DNA of 64,000 nucleotides, taken from sequence record NC_049340.1. One strand, written 5' to 3'. Below are positions 11,628 to 22,760 of this stretch, piece by piece. A program made the position numbers and the translations under genes. Numbering within the stretch: the stretch's first letter is position 1; every line of letters begins with the position of its first letter. The notes under the pieces are model-generated. The model was given only the letters and a program-made list of their open reading frames with translations, was not told the origin of the DNA and did not search any database.

Positions 11628-12251
11628 ATGACACAAGATTTTACAGGTAAATGGTATCAGGAAAAGGCAGATTCTGATGGCGATTTTAAAGAAATTGAAA
11701 TTATTGATGTAAATGGTGCAACAGCATATTCAAAATGTAGAAAGACTTTTTCAACATTAGATTTACAAAATAACTGGATGCGTGCAGAAGAAATTGCAGA
11801 CGACCCATACGCATCAGATGAATTGGTACAAATGGCAAGGTCTAGTATCGGTGAGGGTGTTGTTAGTGAAGATGAATTGGCTAAGTCACTTGCTGAGGAA
11901 GAATCTTTAATTAATAAACAACCTATACAAACACCACCATTTAACCCTAATGATTCAAATCAACAAATTTCCCAAAACACAGTTGCTAGAGTTTTAAGCA
12001 CAGAGGAACAAGCAATTCAATCAATCATTGATACTTCAAAAAAGAAATCAACGGTTAAGATTATGCTTGAAGTTGAATTACCAATTTCATTAAAGAAATT
12101 ATTAACTGTTGCGGAAACTTTAGATATTGATAAAGAAATAGCAACTTCGGTATTATCTGATAACATTGAATTGGGTAAGGAACAATTAAAAGACATTTTA
12201 ACAAAAGGTTTATCCAATGATAAGTATTTAGATGAAAAAGAATCTGAATAA
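11628..12251 (+). CDS. Hypothetical acidic protein
   Basis: 207-aa ORF with A-rich leader. Confidence 0.65.
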   Translation: MTQDFTGKWYQEKADSDGDFKEIEIIDVNGATAYSKCRKTFSTLDLQNNWMRAEEIADDPYASDELVQMARSSIGEGVVSEDELAKSLAEEESLINKQPIQTPPFNPNDSNQQISQNTVARVLSTEEQAIQSIIDTSKKKSTVKIMLEVELPISLKKLLTVAETLDIDKEIATSVLSDNIELGKEQLKDILTKGLSNDKYLDEKESE

Positions 12252-12254
12252 CAT

Positions 12255-12719
12255 ATGGATATACTACATAGAGAAATAATTGATATTGGGCAATCATGCT
12301 ATTGTATGATTGCCTCAGTCAATGAACCTCATGTATATTTGAGGTATAAAGGAAAAGTATTACATCGTTGGATAAATGATAATAACATTGGGTATTATGT
12401 TCATTTAACTGATGTTTTAGAAGATTTTGAAACGATACGTGACCAATTACATAGGTCAAAGCATCGTGTATTTAGTTTAAATTCTGATAGAGGTTTAGTT
12501 AAGAAGATTAATTGTTTTGACTTCACACTAGATATGAACAGATTTAACCAAAACTTCAAAGAGAGATATAAGAACTATACATGGTATTTACCAGCAGTTT
12601 TTGTATTTCCAACAAAAGGTGAATTAGAAAAATATTTAGATAGGTCTAATGAGATATTAACCGAACGATTGACAAATTCATTACACACACTAAATAAAAG
12701 AAATAATAGAACAAGATAA
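12255..12719 (+). CDS. Hypothetical protein
   Basis: 154-aa ORF, tightly spaced with neighbours. Confidence 0.6.
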   Translation: MDILHREIIDIGQSCYCMIASVNEPHVYLRYKGKVLHRWINDNNIGYYVHLTDVLEDFETIRDQLHRSKHRVFSLNSDRGLVKKINCFDFTLDMNRFNQNFKERYKNYTWYLPAVFVFPTKGELEKYLDRSNEILTERLTNSLHTLNKRNNRTR

Positions 12720-14293
12720 TGAGTACAAATGCATCTATAGAATCAAGAGATTATTTTCCTACAACATCTGAGAATGTATCACCAAATGAGGCTAATGGTG
12801 CAAAGGTTTCATTTGATGAAAAGGATTTACAAATTTTACCAAAGGGTGCGGACACCATTGAATTACCTGATGGTAGTATCAAAACAGTACAAGGTGAACA
12901 ATTACCACGGTCAATTGCATCTGAATATAACTTAGTTCGATTAAAAACAACAGATGGTAGAAGTTACCCAACAAAGGATGAACAAGTAAAGGATTATAAT
13001 TTCTTTGGTAAAGTATCCGCACAACAACTTATAGATAGTACTAAAAGTCGTGGAGCATCTGTATATAATGTAAAGGATTTTATTGCACTATCTAAGTACG
13101 GTAAAATCCCAAACAACAGACTTATAACACTAAGAAGATTTGCATACCCAGTTTTTGATGATATTTTTAATAAAGAATCACAAAGTGAACCTGATATTGC
13201 ACGAATGTTAACATATTCCGACCAAGAAACTAATAAACTTAGTGAAATACTTACTTTTAGTTGTGGTATGCGTTGGAAAGAACTAAAATCAGCAGTTGAA
13301 CAAAACTCGATGATTGGTTCTCAAAACGGTGTTAGTGGATTTGTTGGTGGTGCTTTAAAATTAATAGACCCAACATTTGGAAAACAGTCATTACAGGGTA
13401 GAAATAGATTAAATTATGACCCATTACATGACCAAAATAAGGTTTACGGCCCGGTGGATTCTATTGATTCTATGCATATTAGGGATGTTGGTCTTAACTT
13501 CGAACAAGAATTTTTATTAAAGTTTGAGTATGATTTAACTAGTGTTAATGGTGTAAATCAAAAGGCTTTAATGATGGATATCATGTCTAATGTAATGTTA
13601 ATGACCACAAATGATGCTAAATTTTGGGGAGGTGCAAGATATTGGGTAGGTACAAGACCATCCAAATATATGAATAACCTGAAATATTTAGCACCTGATA
13701 CATTTGAGGAATTTTTACATGGAGCAACCACACAATTTAAATCATTTATTGGTACATATGGTGGTTCAGGTGGTGCGCAAAGTGCTAAAGAAACACTTAA
13801 AAAGATAGCCACAAATGCATTTAATTTAGGTTTTGGTAAGTTATTAAACGCTATTGGTAGACCAGGTATACCTGTTGCTAATTCATTGCTTACAGGTAAT
13901 CCTATAGGTGAATGGCATTTAACGGTAGGTAATCCATTAAATCCAATCTTATGTGCTGGTGATTTGATTATGACAAACTCTAATGTAATGTTTAATGATG
14001 AATTAGGTTTTGATGATTTTCCAACAAAATTAACTGTAGAAATAACACTAAAACATAATAAACCTCGTGGACGTGCTGAAATAGAAAGCATGTTTAATGC
14101 AGGTAAAGGTAGAATATATTTCAAACCACAAAATATACAATCGAGTTCATCAAATAAAGATAAATCAACTACACAACAACCACATCTAATATCAGATATG
14201 TTTGGTAATGTTATTGATACGGCATTTGGTGATTATGACCATGCAAGCGTTAAGAGAAATTCTAAAGCAATTTGGTCATTTATAAAAGAATAA
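12719..14293 (+). CDS. Putative baseplate / tail-tube-initiator-type protein (function uncertain)
   Basis: 524-aa ORF in the structural block; GEWHLTVGNPLNPI...DDFPTKLTVEITL segment is reminiscent of gp48/gp54-like proteins. Confidence 0.35.
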   Translation: MSTNASIESRDYFPTTSENVSPNEANGAKVSFDEKDLQILPKGADTIELPDGSIKTVQGEQLPRSIASEYNLVRLKTTDGRSYPTKDEQVKDYNFFGKVSAQQLIDSTKSRGASVYNVKDFIALSKYGKIPNNRLITLRRFAYPVFDDIFNKESQSEPDIARMLTYSDQETNKLSEILTFSCGMRWKELKSAVEQNSMIGSQNGVSGFVGGALKLIDPTFGKQSLQGRNRLNYDPLHDQNKVYGPVDSIDSMHIRDVGLNFEQEFLLKFEYDLTSVNGVNQKALMMDIMSNVMLMTTNDAKFWGGARYWVGTRPSKYMNNLKYLAPDTFEEFLHGATTQFKSFIGTYGGSGGAQSAKETLKKIATNAFNLGFGKLLNAIGRPGIPVANSLLTGNPIGEWHLTVGNPLNPILCAGDLIMTNSNVMFNDELGFDDFPTKLTVEITLKHNKPRGRAEIESMFNAGKGRIYFKPQNIQSSSSNKDKSTTQQPHLISDMFGNVIDTAFGDYDHASVKRNSKAIWSFIKE

Positions 14294-14335
14294 AAAACAG
14301 CACCCATTTGGGTGCTGTTTTTTATTCTTTTATAA
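14280..14335. terminator. Bidirectional terminator, perfect 26-bp inverted repeat
   Basis: TTATAAAAGAATAAAAAACAGCACCC-attt-GGGTGCTGTTTTTTATTCTTTTATAA. Confidence 0.85.
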
Positions 14336-14490
14336 TTCTTACCATCTTTGGTACAAAATCTTAAAACTTCACCACGACTTAAATAACAGTCATAGGATTT
14401 ACCGTTATTATCAACACAAACAATACCACCTAAATTTTCTTTAACTTTAAAAATACCACTTAATAAATTTGTTTTAATTTATGCGTACAT
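14322..14490 (-). pseudogene. Small minus-strand gene with an in-frame TAA at codon 4 (lesion or sequencing error); end uncertain
   Basis: ATG TAC GCA TAA, then ~50 open codons (IKTNLLSGIFKVKENLGGIVCVDNNGKSYDCYL...); host-type promoter directly upstream. Confidence 0.4.
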
Positions 14491-14513
14491 ATTTTATCGT
14501 TTTAAATACAAGT

Positions 14514-14544
14514 CAAATATAATAAATAATTTTAATATACCAAA
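14514..14544 (-). promoter_or_regulatory. Bacteroidota primary-sigma promoter (TTTG-N19-TATATTTG)
   Basis: Minus-strand TTTG at 14544-14541 and TATATTTG at 14521-14514. Confidence 0.7.
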
Positions 14545-14699
14545 AATTATTTTCACCATATGTTTTTTAAAAGACTTTATATACAAAATATATAATCACA
14601 CCACACATATACAGAACGTCGCTTAAATCACACACCACATACCAAATAAAGCATATTTTAATATACACATACATACTATAAAGATAATACTATACACGT

Positions 14700-15449
14700 A
14701 TGAAATATATAGGAAATATTGACTTGGTTAAATTTGGACAATTACTTAATACAGTTATACACAAACTACCAAACAAAGCAGACATTACAACAAACAATAC
14801 ATCTGAGGCACAAATTGCATATTCAACTGCTGAGAAAAGAATAATGTATTTTGATGGCACAAAGATAAGGGAAATTGCCACACTACAGGATATTTCAGTT
14901 AAGGGTAATAAGATAGTTGTGTCAGAAACAGACCCATTCCCAATAACAACAGCACAAATTGTTGAGGGTGATGGTTGGTTTAAATCAAGTTCAAACACAC
15001 TACAAATACGAACTAATGTAGGTTGGAAACCAGTGTCTAGTACTGTTAATATTCCATCATGGACAGCTAATACTGATTATGGTGTTAACTCTTTAGTTAT
15101 ACACCAAACACAAATTTGGCGTAATGAAAGTGGTACAACAAATAATGATGCAACTTGGACACCAGCTAACTGGACACGAATTGGTGGTGTTACATTAACT
15201 AAAGTTACCATGAGTATAACACCATCCATATTACATGGACAAACTGTTAGTGGTGTTACTAGAACAAATAACGTATATAGATTAAACCACAATCTTGGTT
15301 CATCAACAGTATTAATTAAAATTACAGAATCTAATAATACTGTAATGACTGATGAAACTATTATAGATGCTAATAATATTGATTTAACTTTTAATACACC
15401 TGCACAAACAAGCGGAAAGACTTATACAATCACTATAGCATCAATTTAA
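14700..15449 (+). CDS. Putative virion protein with small carbohydrate-binding-like module
   Basis: WTANTDYGVNSLVIHQTQIWRN...W module; C-terminal LNHNLGSSTVLI motif. Confidence 0.5.
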   Translation: MKYIGNIDLVKFGQLLNTVIHKLPNKADITTNNTSEAQIAYSTAEKRIMYFDGTKIREIATLQDISVKGNKIVVSETDPFPITTAQIVEGDGWFKSSSNTLQIRTNVGWKPVSSTVNIPSWTANTDYGVNSLVIHQTQIWRNESGTTNNDATWTPANWTRIGGVTLTKVTMSITPSILHGQTVSGVTRTNNVYRLNHNLGSSTVLIKITESNNTVMTDETIIDANNIDLTFNTPAQTSGKTYTITIASI

Positions 15450-15470
15450 GTTTAAATTAAAAATGAAACT

Positions 15471-17315
15471 ATGAGTGAGATAAAAAATAAACCTCAACAC
15501 CAACACTATGACCCAAGGGTATCCGAAGAGGATTTAAGTAAAAAAGGTGGTGCGGTAGTTTGGTCAACTCAATCTGTAAATTGGGCAAAGGAAAGTATTG
15601 AAATGGGTGCGCCTTTAAAAAAGACATCACCATTCTATGAAAATAAGAATGTTGATATTAGAAAGGGTAAAATACCATTCCAATATTCGGATGAAGAAAT
15701 AAAAGAAATTGTAAGATGTTCTAGAGATATTGTTTATTTTATACAAACTTATTGTAAGGTTAAAAGACCTGATGGTAAGATGGGTGAAATAAAACTTCGA
15801 CCATACCAGTTAATACAAATTAGAGATTATTTGGAGAATGATAGAGTTATTCTAGGTTGGTCTAGACAGGCTGGAAAAACAATCGGTTCGGCATTGTTTA
15901 TTATTTGGGCAATGTTATTTAATGCAGATAAACAAACTGCAATATTAGCAAATAAGGGTGCAACATCTAAGGAAGTTCTTGATAAAATAAAGGATATTTA
16001 TAAAGGATTACCGTTCTTTTTACAGGCTGGTGTAGTTGGTTGGAATGATACTAGAATAACGTTTGATAATGGATGTTCTATTTATCGAGGCCCGACAACT
16101 GAGGATGCATTGAATGGTAAAACATGTAACATATTATACATGGATGAATTTGCATTCGTTGGTAAAGGTGCTGATAAGATTAGAACACAAAAATCGGTAC
16201 TATCAAATGCAATGCCTGTATTATCATCCCAAAAACATAGTGGGTTGTGTAAGTTAATTATCACATCAACACCTAATGGAAAGGATTACTACTATGAGTT
16301 ATTTGATAATGCATTAAAGGAGCAAAATTCATATAAGGCATCTAAGATATGTTGGTGGTCAATCCCTGGTCGTAACCAAGCATGGGCAAAGGAGGAAATA
16401 GGTACAATAGGACTTGCTGAATTTAGACAACAGTATGAAATGTCCTTTGATACTACAACAAAAACACTATTAAAAACAGAAACGCTAAGAAGATTATCAA
16501 TAAGTAAAGAGGAATATTCTAATGAGTTGTATGAAGTTTTATCGGTATACAACGAAAAGTTATATATGAACCCATTGGTTGATATTGACTTCGAAAATGA
16601 CGTTTTCTTATTAAGTGTTGATATTGCCGAGGGTCTGCGACAGGATTATTCGGTTTGTCAAATAATTAGATTGAATTTTGATGAGGAAGCGTATAAGTTC
16701 TATTATGAACAAGTTGGATACTTCAAAGCCAATGATATATCAATTGATGAATTTGCTGATGTGGTTGCTGAATTATTTAATGCATTTAACCCTGAATATT
16801 CAAAGTTATTAGTTGAGCAAAATACATATGGTGATTATTTCTTTAAGGTTCTTCAATTTAATGAAGATTATGAAATTGATTTAGCTAGTATATGTAAATT
16901 CAAACGTTCATCTGATTCTGAATATGTAACAAAAGGACTTAGACAAAATTCAGAACGTAAAAAGATTTCTGTTAAAGCATTTAAGTCTTTGGTTGATGCA
17001 AATGCAATGGTTGTAACATCAAGTGATACAATTGAAGAAATAGAAAACTTTCAAGAGAATCAAAAAGGTAACTATGAAGCATCAATTGGACATGATGATA
17101 CCGTTATGCCATTAGTTAATTTATCTTATTTTATACAATTAAATGAGGTTGAGTTTAAGAATTGGATTGAAGATTTCTGTGACTTAAATGAAATAATTGT
17201 TGACCCAAACGAAGCTGTTTTAGCATCTAAGACAAAATCATATGAAGACGTTAGAGAAGATTTAACAGAAGAATCATTATCACCTGAGGCTAGAGCCTTA
17301 TTAAATTCAGTATAA
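15471..17315 (+). CDS. gp17: Large terminase subunit (T4 gp17-like)
   Basis: LRPYQ, SRQAGKT (Walker A), LYMDEFAF (Walker B), IITSTPNG, VDIAEG..DYS, HDD nuclease motifs. Confidence 0.95.
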   Translation: MSEIKNKPQHQHYDPRVSEEDLSKKGGAVVWSTQSVNWAKESIEMGAPLKKTSPFYENKNVDIRKGKIPFQYSDEEIKEIVRCSRDIVYFIQTYCKVKRPDGKMGEIKLRPYQLIQIRDYLENDRVILGWSRQAGKTIGSALFIIWAMLFNADKQTAILANKGATSKEVLDKIKDIYKGLPFFLQAGVVGWNDTRITFDNGCSIYRGPTTEDALNGKTCNILYMDEFAFVGKGADKIRTQKSVLSNAMPVLSSQKHSGLCKLIITSTPNGKDYYYELFDNALKEQNSYKASKICWWSIPGRNQAWAKEEIGTIGLAEFRQQYEMSFDTTTKTLLKTETLRRLSISKEEYSNELYEVLSVYNEKLYMNPLVDIDFENDVFLLSVDIAEGLRQDYSVCQIIRLNFDEEAYKFYYEQVGYFKANDISIDEFADVVAELFNAFNPEYSKLLVEQNTYGDYFFKVLQFNEDYEIDLASICKFKRSSDSEYVTKGLRQNSERKKISVKAFKSLVDANAMVVTSSDTIEEIENFQENQKGNYEASIGHDDTVMPLVNLSYFIQLNEVEFKNWIEDFCDLNEIIVDPNEAVLASKTKSYEDVREDLTEESLSPEARALLNSV

Positions 17316-18807
17316 TGGGATTAATTACAACATACAAAGCAAATACAAAAACTATTAGTGCTGTTAGAAATAACGGCACTAGTATTGCGTATATAAATGA
17401 TACCTTATATTACGCAAAGGATTCAAAAAACTTAATGGAAATTACATTAGGTTCTGTTACTAATACAACACAACACACATTGGTTGATTATGGTAATTCT
17501 ATTGGTGGTATTTCATTCAAAAGTACTGATGAAATATTATTTACAGAATCATATTCAAATTTTTTGTATTAGGTATTAAAAATAACACATCAAATATATT
17601 AGTTTGTGTAATTGACACAAAAACAAATAGTGTATCGAAAACATTTAATATTTCTGACACAACCATACAAAAAGTTACTAAAAGTGAATCATCATTTATA
17701 GTACATGGTTCATCAAATATACACACATTTGATGTGATAGGTGATAGTGTATTAAAATCGTTTGGTAATGTACACACAGCAGTTATTTATGGTTATGAAA
17801 TGTACTTAACATTATCAAATGCAAAAACATCTATCAGAAAAATTAATTTAATAAATTTTTCAGGTGTTACAACATTATCAACATCGAACACAACTATATT
17901 TAAAACATTAACTGCTGATATAAATTTAATCACAATAAGTTCAAATAATATATTATCTGTTTTACCTGATAAATTCGAAATATATAAACTTAGTGATGCT
18001 ACACTAAAATCAACACACACAATTACATTAACACCACACACAAAACAAATATTATTAACTGATGAGTTTGGAAGAGTGTATACAAATACACAAACTAGTG
18101 TTATATATGATATGAATTTAGGTAAGGAGATATTACACACATCATTATCATTTATTTCACAAAATGATTTACTAAACATTAAATACTTGAATGTATTTAA
18201 TGGTGGTGTTGGTGTTGTGTTACAATCTGATACACAAATAAAGATTTTAACAAACTTAACACCATCAACAACAGAGCTAACAATACCAAAGTATAATGTA
18301 ACAGTATCCAACTCAACAAATGTAACAAGAATTGAATTGGGCAGAATGTTGAGTTATAAACTAGGTATCGGAACACATAATATTGAATTAAAGAATACTG
18401 ATAGTTTGAATTGGCAAAGTGGATTTGATTTAGCCTTTAATTTAAGTTCAGGGTTTGGTGAAGAGTTTACCGAATTGGATAATACTATTGAAATTTTATG
18501 TACACTTAAATTGGTTGTTAATGGTACTAAAACAACTAAGTCTGTAATATTAACAAACATCGTTAAGAATTTAGATATAATGTCAAACAGATATTCAATA
18601 CTTGGTTATAGGTTATCTGATGATAATACACAGACTTTTGAACAATGGATAAAAGGTAAAACAATTTCATTTGACACAACACAGAATAACATTTCATTCG
18701 ATATAAAAGTACCAAACACTATCCGAACTAAACGAAATTCTGTAGTGTATTTCAACACACTAAAAACGATACAATATTACACAGCAGGTAAATTAATTAT
18801 TTTATAA
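17315..18807 (+). CDS. Putative virion protein (~497 aa if joined), split by a -1 indel
   Basis: ORF 17315-17572 continues in the -1 frame (KFFVLGIKNNTSNIL...) into ORF 17734-18807 at AAATTTTTTG 17557-17566. Confidence 0.55.
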
Positions 18808-18829
18808 AAAAACCTTTCAATTTTAAATT

Positions 18830-18874
18830 AATCCAAACTATTTAAAAATTAAACTATTTTAAATGGTTTGGATT
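18830..18874 (+). terminator. Terminator hairpin before the sheath gene
   Basis: AATCCAAACTATTTAAAA / TTTTAAATGGTTTGGATT with one wobble, followed by a T run. Confidence 0.65.
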
Positions 18875-18930
18875 TTTTGGTATCAATACATACTTTATAA
18901 TAATATTTATAGATTTAAACACAAATAACT

Positions 18931-21900
18931 ATGGCATTAGACCCACAATTAGCTAAATTTCGTGCGCCAGGTACAAAAATCTTAACAACAGTACAAGAAC
19001 AAATTCCTATTATTTCTGCACCAAATGGTGCTAGATTATTAGTAATTAATTCTAGAAAAGGTGCAGTTAATAAAATTTTATATGTACAGACATGGACGGA
19101 ATTTAAGAGATACTTCGGAAACATTTCAATTGCCGAAGAGCGTAAAGGTTCGTTTGGACATCGTTCAGCATATTACATGTTACAAACAGCACCAATTTAC
19201 GTTTTAAATTTACGAAAATTTGATGACACAAAGGATAAGGCTGGTACAGTTGAATTATCTGTTGATTCATCAGTAAAGAATGCATCTATTGTTTTAGAGG
19301 CTTATTCAAAATTATTCAACAAGCAACAATTTTGGAACATCGACCCACGTAAATTAGTAAAGAGTACAAATACTGATAAACTATTAATGTTTGCGAATGT
19401 TGGTAGTGATAACTTATCAATTTTTGTTCGTAAATCAAGAAACGTAAGAACTAGTTTAACCTTTAGAGAATGGTATAAAAACTTAGGTCGTACAATGCCA
19501 TCGTTCGTATATCCTGAGGATAAAGTTGCGGATTGGTATGTTGATGTATTATTATTCGAAAACACTTTCGATAACACTTCAAGTGCAAATGCATCATATG
19601 GACATATTTTTGATATTAGTGGAAACGTAAAGAAAACGGTTGTTAATGAACTTGGACAAACAGTTGATGCATTAGGTCAATTAGCATCTATTCCTGAGAG
19701 TGGATATGTTGCAACAATAACTGGTAACTTAATTCAAGGTTTTATTAGTGAAACTGGTGAGAACCATGATGTAGTATCATTAATCAACAACAATGTTCAA
19801 CAATATGGATTAATCGCTAAGGTTAATGATAATATTTTTGATAATGCTGAGGTTTGGACAAAGGGTGCTAGTGTTGCAAGTAATGCACAAAAGCAATTAA
19901 TACCAGTTGATTTAGTTGGTCACCGTTTATTCGATATTAACGCTAACTCTACTTTTAATTCTAGTGCATATACAGCTAGAACAAACGTTAGAGCAGTTTC
20001 ATATACATTCCCATTAGCTATACAAACCATTGGTCAAACACTAAGAGAAACATATACTTCTAGTGCTACAGTATTTGGTTCAGTTAATAGTGGAACTACT
20101 TTGGTGAAGATTGATAATGTAATGACACCAGCTACATTAGCTGTTAGTGGAACAAACCACACATATACAAAATCTTCTACAAATCAAATTTATGTTTTTG
20201 AAAAGAATAAGGTTGGTGTTGGCGAAAAGTTCGTATCTGCTGATGGTAACTTAGCTACAGCAACAAAGGTAGAATATGTTGGTAAATTATCACAAATCGC
20301 TGATTATGGAACAATGAAAGCACCCGTTCAACCATATAATTTAGATGGTGGTATTGCAGGTTCAAATAACTGGGATGATGCTAGTGGTAACTTAGCTGGA
20401 TTTTCATACCCAGCAACAGCAAGTGGAACACCATTTCCAAAAGATGGTACAAACAGCTATTATGTATATCCAACAGGACACCCATTAGCAGGTTTACCGT
20501 TAGTATTCCGTTCAACAACTGGATTTGTTGTACACAACCCGGTACAATCAGAGGATACGGCATCACAATATATCTATCAAAAAGATGCTAGTGGTAATGA
20601 TATTAAACCAAACTTCGCAAGTTTACCTGGCGGTTACGCACCAAACGCAACACGTCAATACATCGAAGCAGTAGATATTCAACCATCAAGAGTAAAAGCA
20701 AATGATACTGCAAACTCAACAACTAAATGGACAGGTTTACTTAATGCATTTGCAGGTGGTGGACATAATACATACTTAGTTACATTTGATAAGCCATTAG
20801 TATTTAATAACTTTGATTCTGATACAACAACTGTTGATGCATCACCATATACTACGGTAAATTCTGATGCTGATTCTGTATTATATTTTGTAGATGGTAC
20901 AAATAGACCAGTATTTAATCCAGTTAGTAGAAAGGCACATTCTGTATATAAATCAATTAGTTTTGATGCAGTAACAACAGGTTATGCACCAGTTAATTTA
21001 AGTGCTTATGTTGCACGTAACGAGCAATTCGTTGATGGTACAGCAACAAGACAAAAGGAGATTTTAGATATGTTAACAGGTTCTAGTTTAAGAACAGCGT
21101 TAGCTAACAGAGAATTATCAACATTCTATTATATTGTAGATAGCTTTAAGTCATATATAGAACCTAACATTAAGGTGCAATTAAAGACTATTGCAAAGGA
21201 AAGACAATTATGTAGAGCTATTTATAACATGCCATCAATTAGAGATTTCCAAGATAGTACTAACCCATTCTTTAAGGAAACAACTGATGGTGAGTTCCAA
21301 GCTAGATTTATTCCTAGTGGTGGTAATTTACAGTTACCTTATACTAATACATTCTCTATTCCTAATGAGGATGGATGGTATGCTTATGGTTTTGGGCCAG
21401 ACCTTATGATTCAGGATGGTGGGCGTACAATTTACATACCACCAGCACCAGTTGTATCAAACAACTTCCAAAGAAAATATCAAAGTGGAAACCCTTATGA
21501 TATGGTTGCAGGAGCAGGAGCAGGAACAGTTAGTGGTACTGGTATTGTTGGTGTAGAATATACATTTAATGAAAAGAATGATGGTACTGGTGATAGAGAT
21601 TATTTAAATCCGTTTGGATTTAATATCATATTAAACAAACGTGCAACAGGATTACAGATTTACTCTAACGTAACATCTTTAAACACTATTGAAACACCAT
21701 TACGTTCTATACATACATCTGAATCATTAATGTACATTCAAGACCAAGTTAATAAGTTGTTAGAGCGTTATGTGTTTAAGTTTAATACTGCACAAAACAG
21801 ATTAACAATCAAAACTGAGGCTGATAAGATTTGTCAAAGATTGGTTGATGATGGGGTTATTTCAAACTTTGTTAACCAAATGGATGAAAAGAACAATACA

Positions 21901-22029
21901 AGTGAGGTAATCAATGCTCGTATTGGTATCTTAGATACTACATTATATGCTAATAATGGTATGGAAATTGCTATCCACAGAACTAAAGTTGATGGTGTTC
22001 AAAACACTACTTCTTTTGAATTATTATAA
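18931..22029 (+). CDS. gp18: Contractile tail sheath protein (T4 gp18-like)
   Basis: 1032 aa; N-terminal APGT; C-terminal RDYLNPFGFNII...FKFNTAQNRLTI...MDEKNNTSEVI sheath-type motifs; upstream of the tube gene. Confidence 0.9.
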   Translation: MALDPQLAKFRAPGTKILTTVQEQIPIISAPNGARLLVINSRKGAVNKILYVQTWTEFKRYFGNISIAEERKGSFGHRSAYYMLQTAPIYVLNLRKFDDTKDKAGTVELSVDSSVKNASIVLEAYSKLFNKQQFWNIDPRKLVKSTNTDKLLMFANVGSDNLSIFVRKSRNVRTSLTFREWYKNLGRTMPSFVYPEDKVADWYVDVLLFENTFDNTSSANASYGHIFDISGNVKKTVVNELGQTVDALGQLASIPESGYVATITGNLIQGFISETGENHDVVSLINNNVQQYGLIAKVNDNIFDNAEVWTKGASVASNAQKQLIPVDLVGHRLFDINANSTFNSSAYTARTNVRAVSYTFPLAIQTIGQTLRETYTSSATVFGSVNSGTTLVKIDNVMTPATLAVSGTNHTYTKSSTNQIYVFEKNKVGVGEKFVSADGNLATATKVEYVGKLSQIADYGTMKAPVQPYNLDGGIAGSNNWDDASGNLAGFSYPATASGTPFPKDGTNSYYVYPTGHPLAGLPLVFRSTTGFVVHNPVQSEDTASQYIYQKDASGNDIKPNFASLPGGYAPNATRQYIEAVDIQPSRVKANDTANSTTKWTGLLNAFAGGGHNTYLVTFDKPLVFNNFDSDTTTVDASPYTTVNSDADSVLYFVDGTNRPVFNPVSRKAHSVYKSISFDAVTTGYAPVNLSAYVARNEQFVDGTATRQKEILDMLTGSSLRTALANRELSTFYYIVDSFKSYIEPNIKVQLKTIAKERQLCRAIYNMPSIRDFQDSTNPFFKETTDGEFQARFIPSGGNLQLPYTNTFSIPNEDGWYAYGFGPDLMIQDGGRTIYIPPAPVVSNNFQRKYQSGNPYDMVAGAGAGTVSGTGIVGVEYTFNEKNDGTGDRDYLNPFGFNIILNKRATGLQIYSNVTSLNTIETPLRSIHTSESLMYIQDQVNKLLERYVFKFNTAQNRLTIKTEADKICQRLVDDGVISNFVNQMDEKNNTSEVINARIGILDTTLYANNGMEIAIHRTKVDGVQNTTSFELL

Positions 22030-22042
22030 ACATTAAAATAGC

Positions 22043-22066
22043 GCATGGTGGTTAACGCCACCATGC
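22043..22066 (+). other. GC-rich stem-loop after the sheath gene, without a U-tract
   Basis: GCATGGTGG-ttaacg-CCACCATGC. Confidence 0.6.
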
Positions 22067-22078
22067 AATTTAAATAAT

Positions 22079-22740
22079 ATGAGAAAATTTTCAAACATAC
22101 TAAAAAGAAATTCTGCAAAGAGAGAGAGTTCACAAATTGAAACTATTTCTGAGTTTAAGAATTTTGCACACAAACAACTTAGTGAAAATTCAACTTATGA
22201 TTTTGATGTGGTGGAACAACTACTAGAATCATTATTAGTGGATAATAAAAATGATATTAATAAATCATTAGATGGTTTAAAGGTATTTACTGAATCAGTT
22301 GAACAAGTTGATGAGGGTAGAAGAGAACCTTTAGAATTAACACCAAAAAATTCTTTGTTGTATTTGATTATATGAGTGTATTTGATGCACTTTATGACCT
22401 TTGGTTAGAGTATAATGATGAGACATGGTATTCATCACACATCGCAAATACATTAGATTGTACTAAGAGATATATTGACCAATATGCTAGTCTTATGAGT
22501 TATCATCATAAGAAGTATGCCAAAGCTGAATTAAATATACCTAATGCTGAATCTGTTTTAAAGAATAAGCAATTTGCGAATGTTGTGAAACGTTCGGTTG
22601 AATGGAAAGCATTAAGAGAATTTCTAAAAGGTTATAATGTTGATGAGGCTGTTAAGGTAGAAGAATCACAAGGAATTGCTATTGTTAAGTCAGTATTCAA
22701 AGAAGTTGAGAGATTCATTACAATAGTTTCATCTAAATAA
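22079..22740 (+). CDS. Hypothetical protein(s): ORFs 22079-22375 and 22372-22740, possibly one ~220-aa gene with a -1 indel at A6 22345-22350
   Basis: Adding one A gives ...ELTPKKFFVVFDYMSVFDALY... in frame; the ATGA overlap is also compatible with two genes. Confidence 0.45.
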
Positions 22741-22760
22741 TAATAAAATAAAATAAAAAT

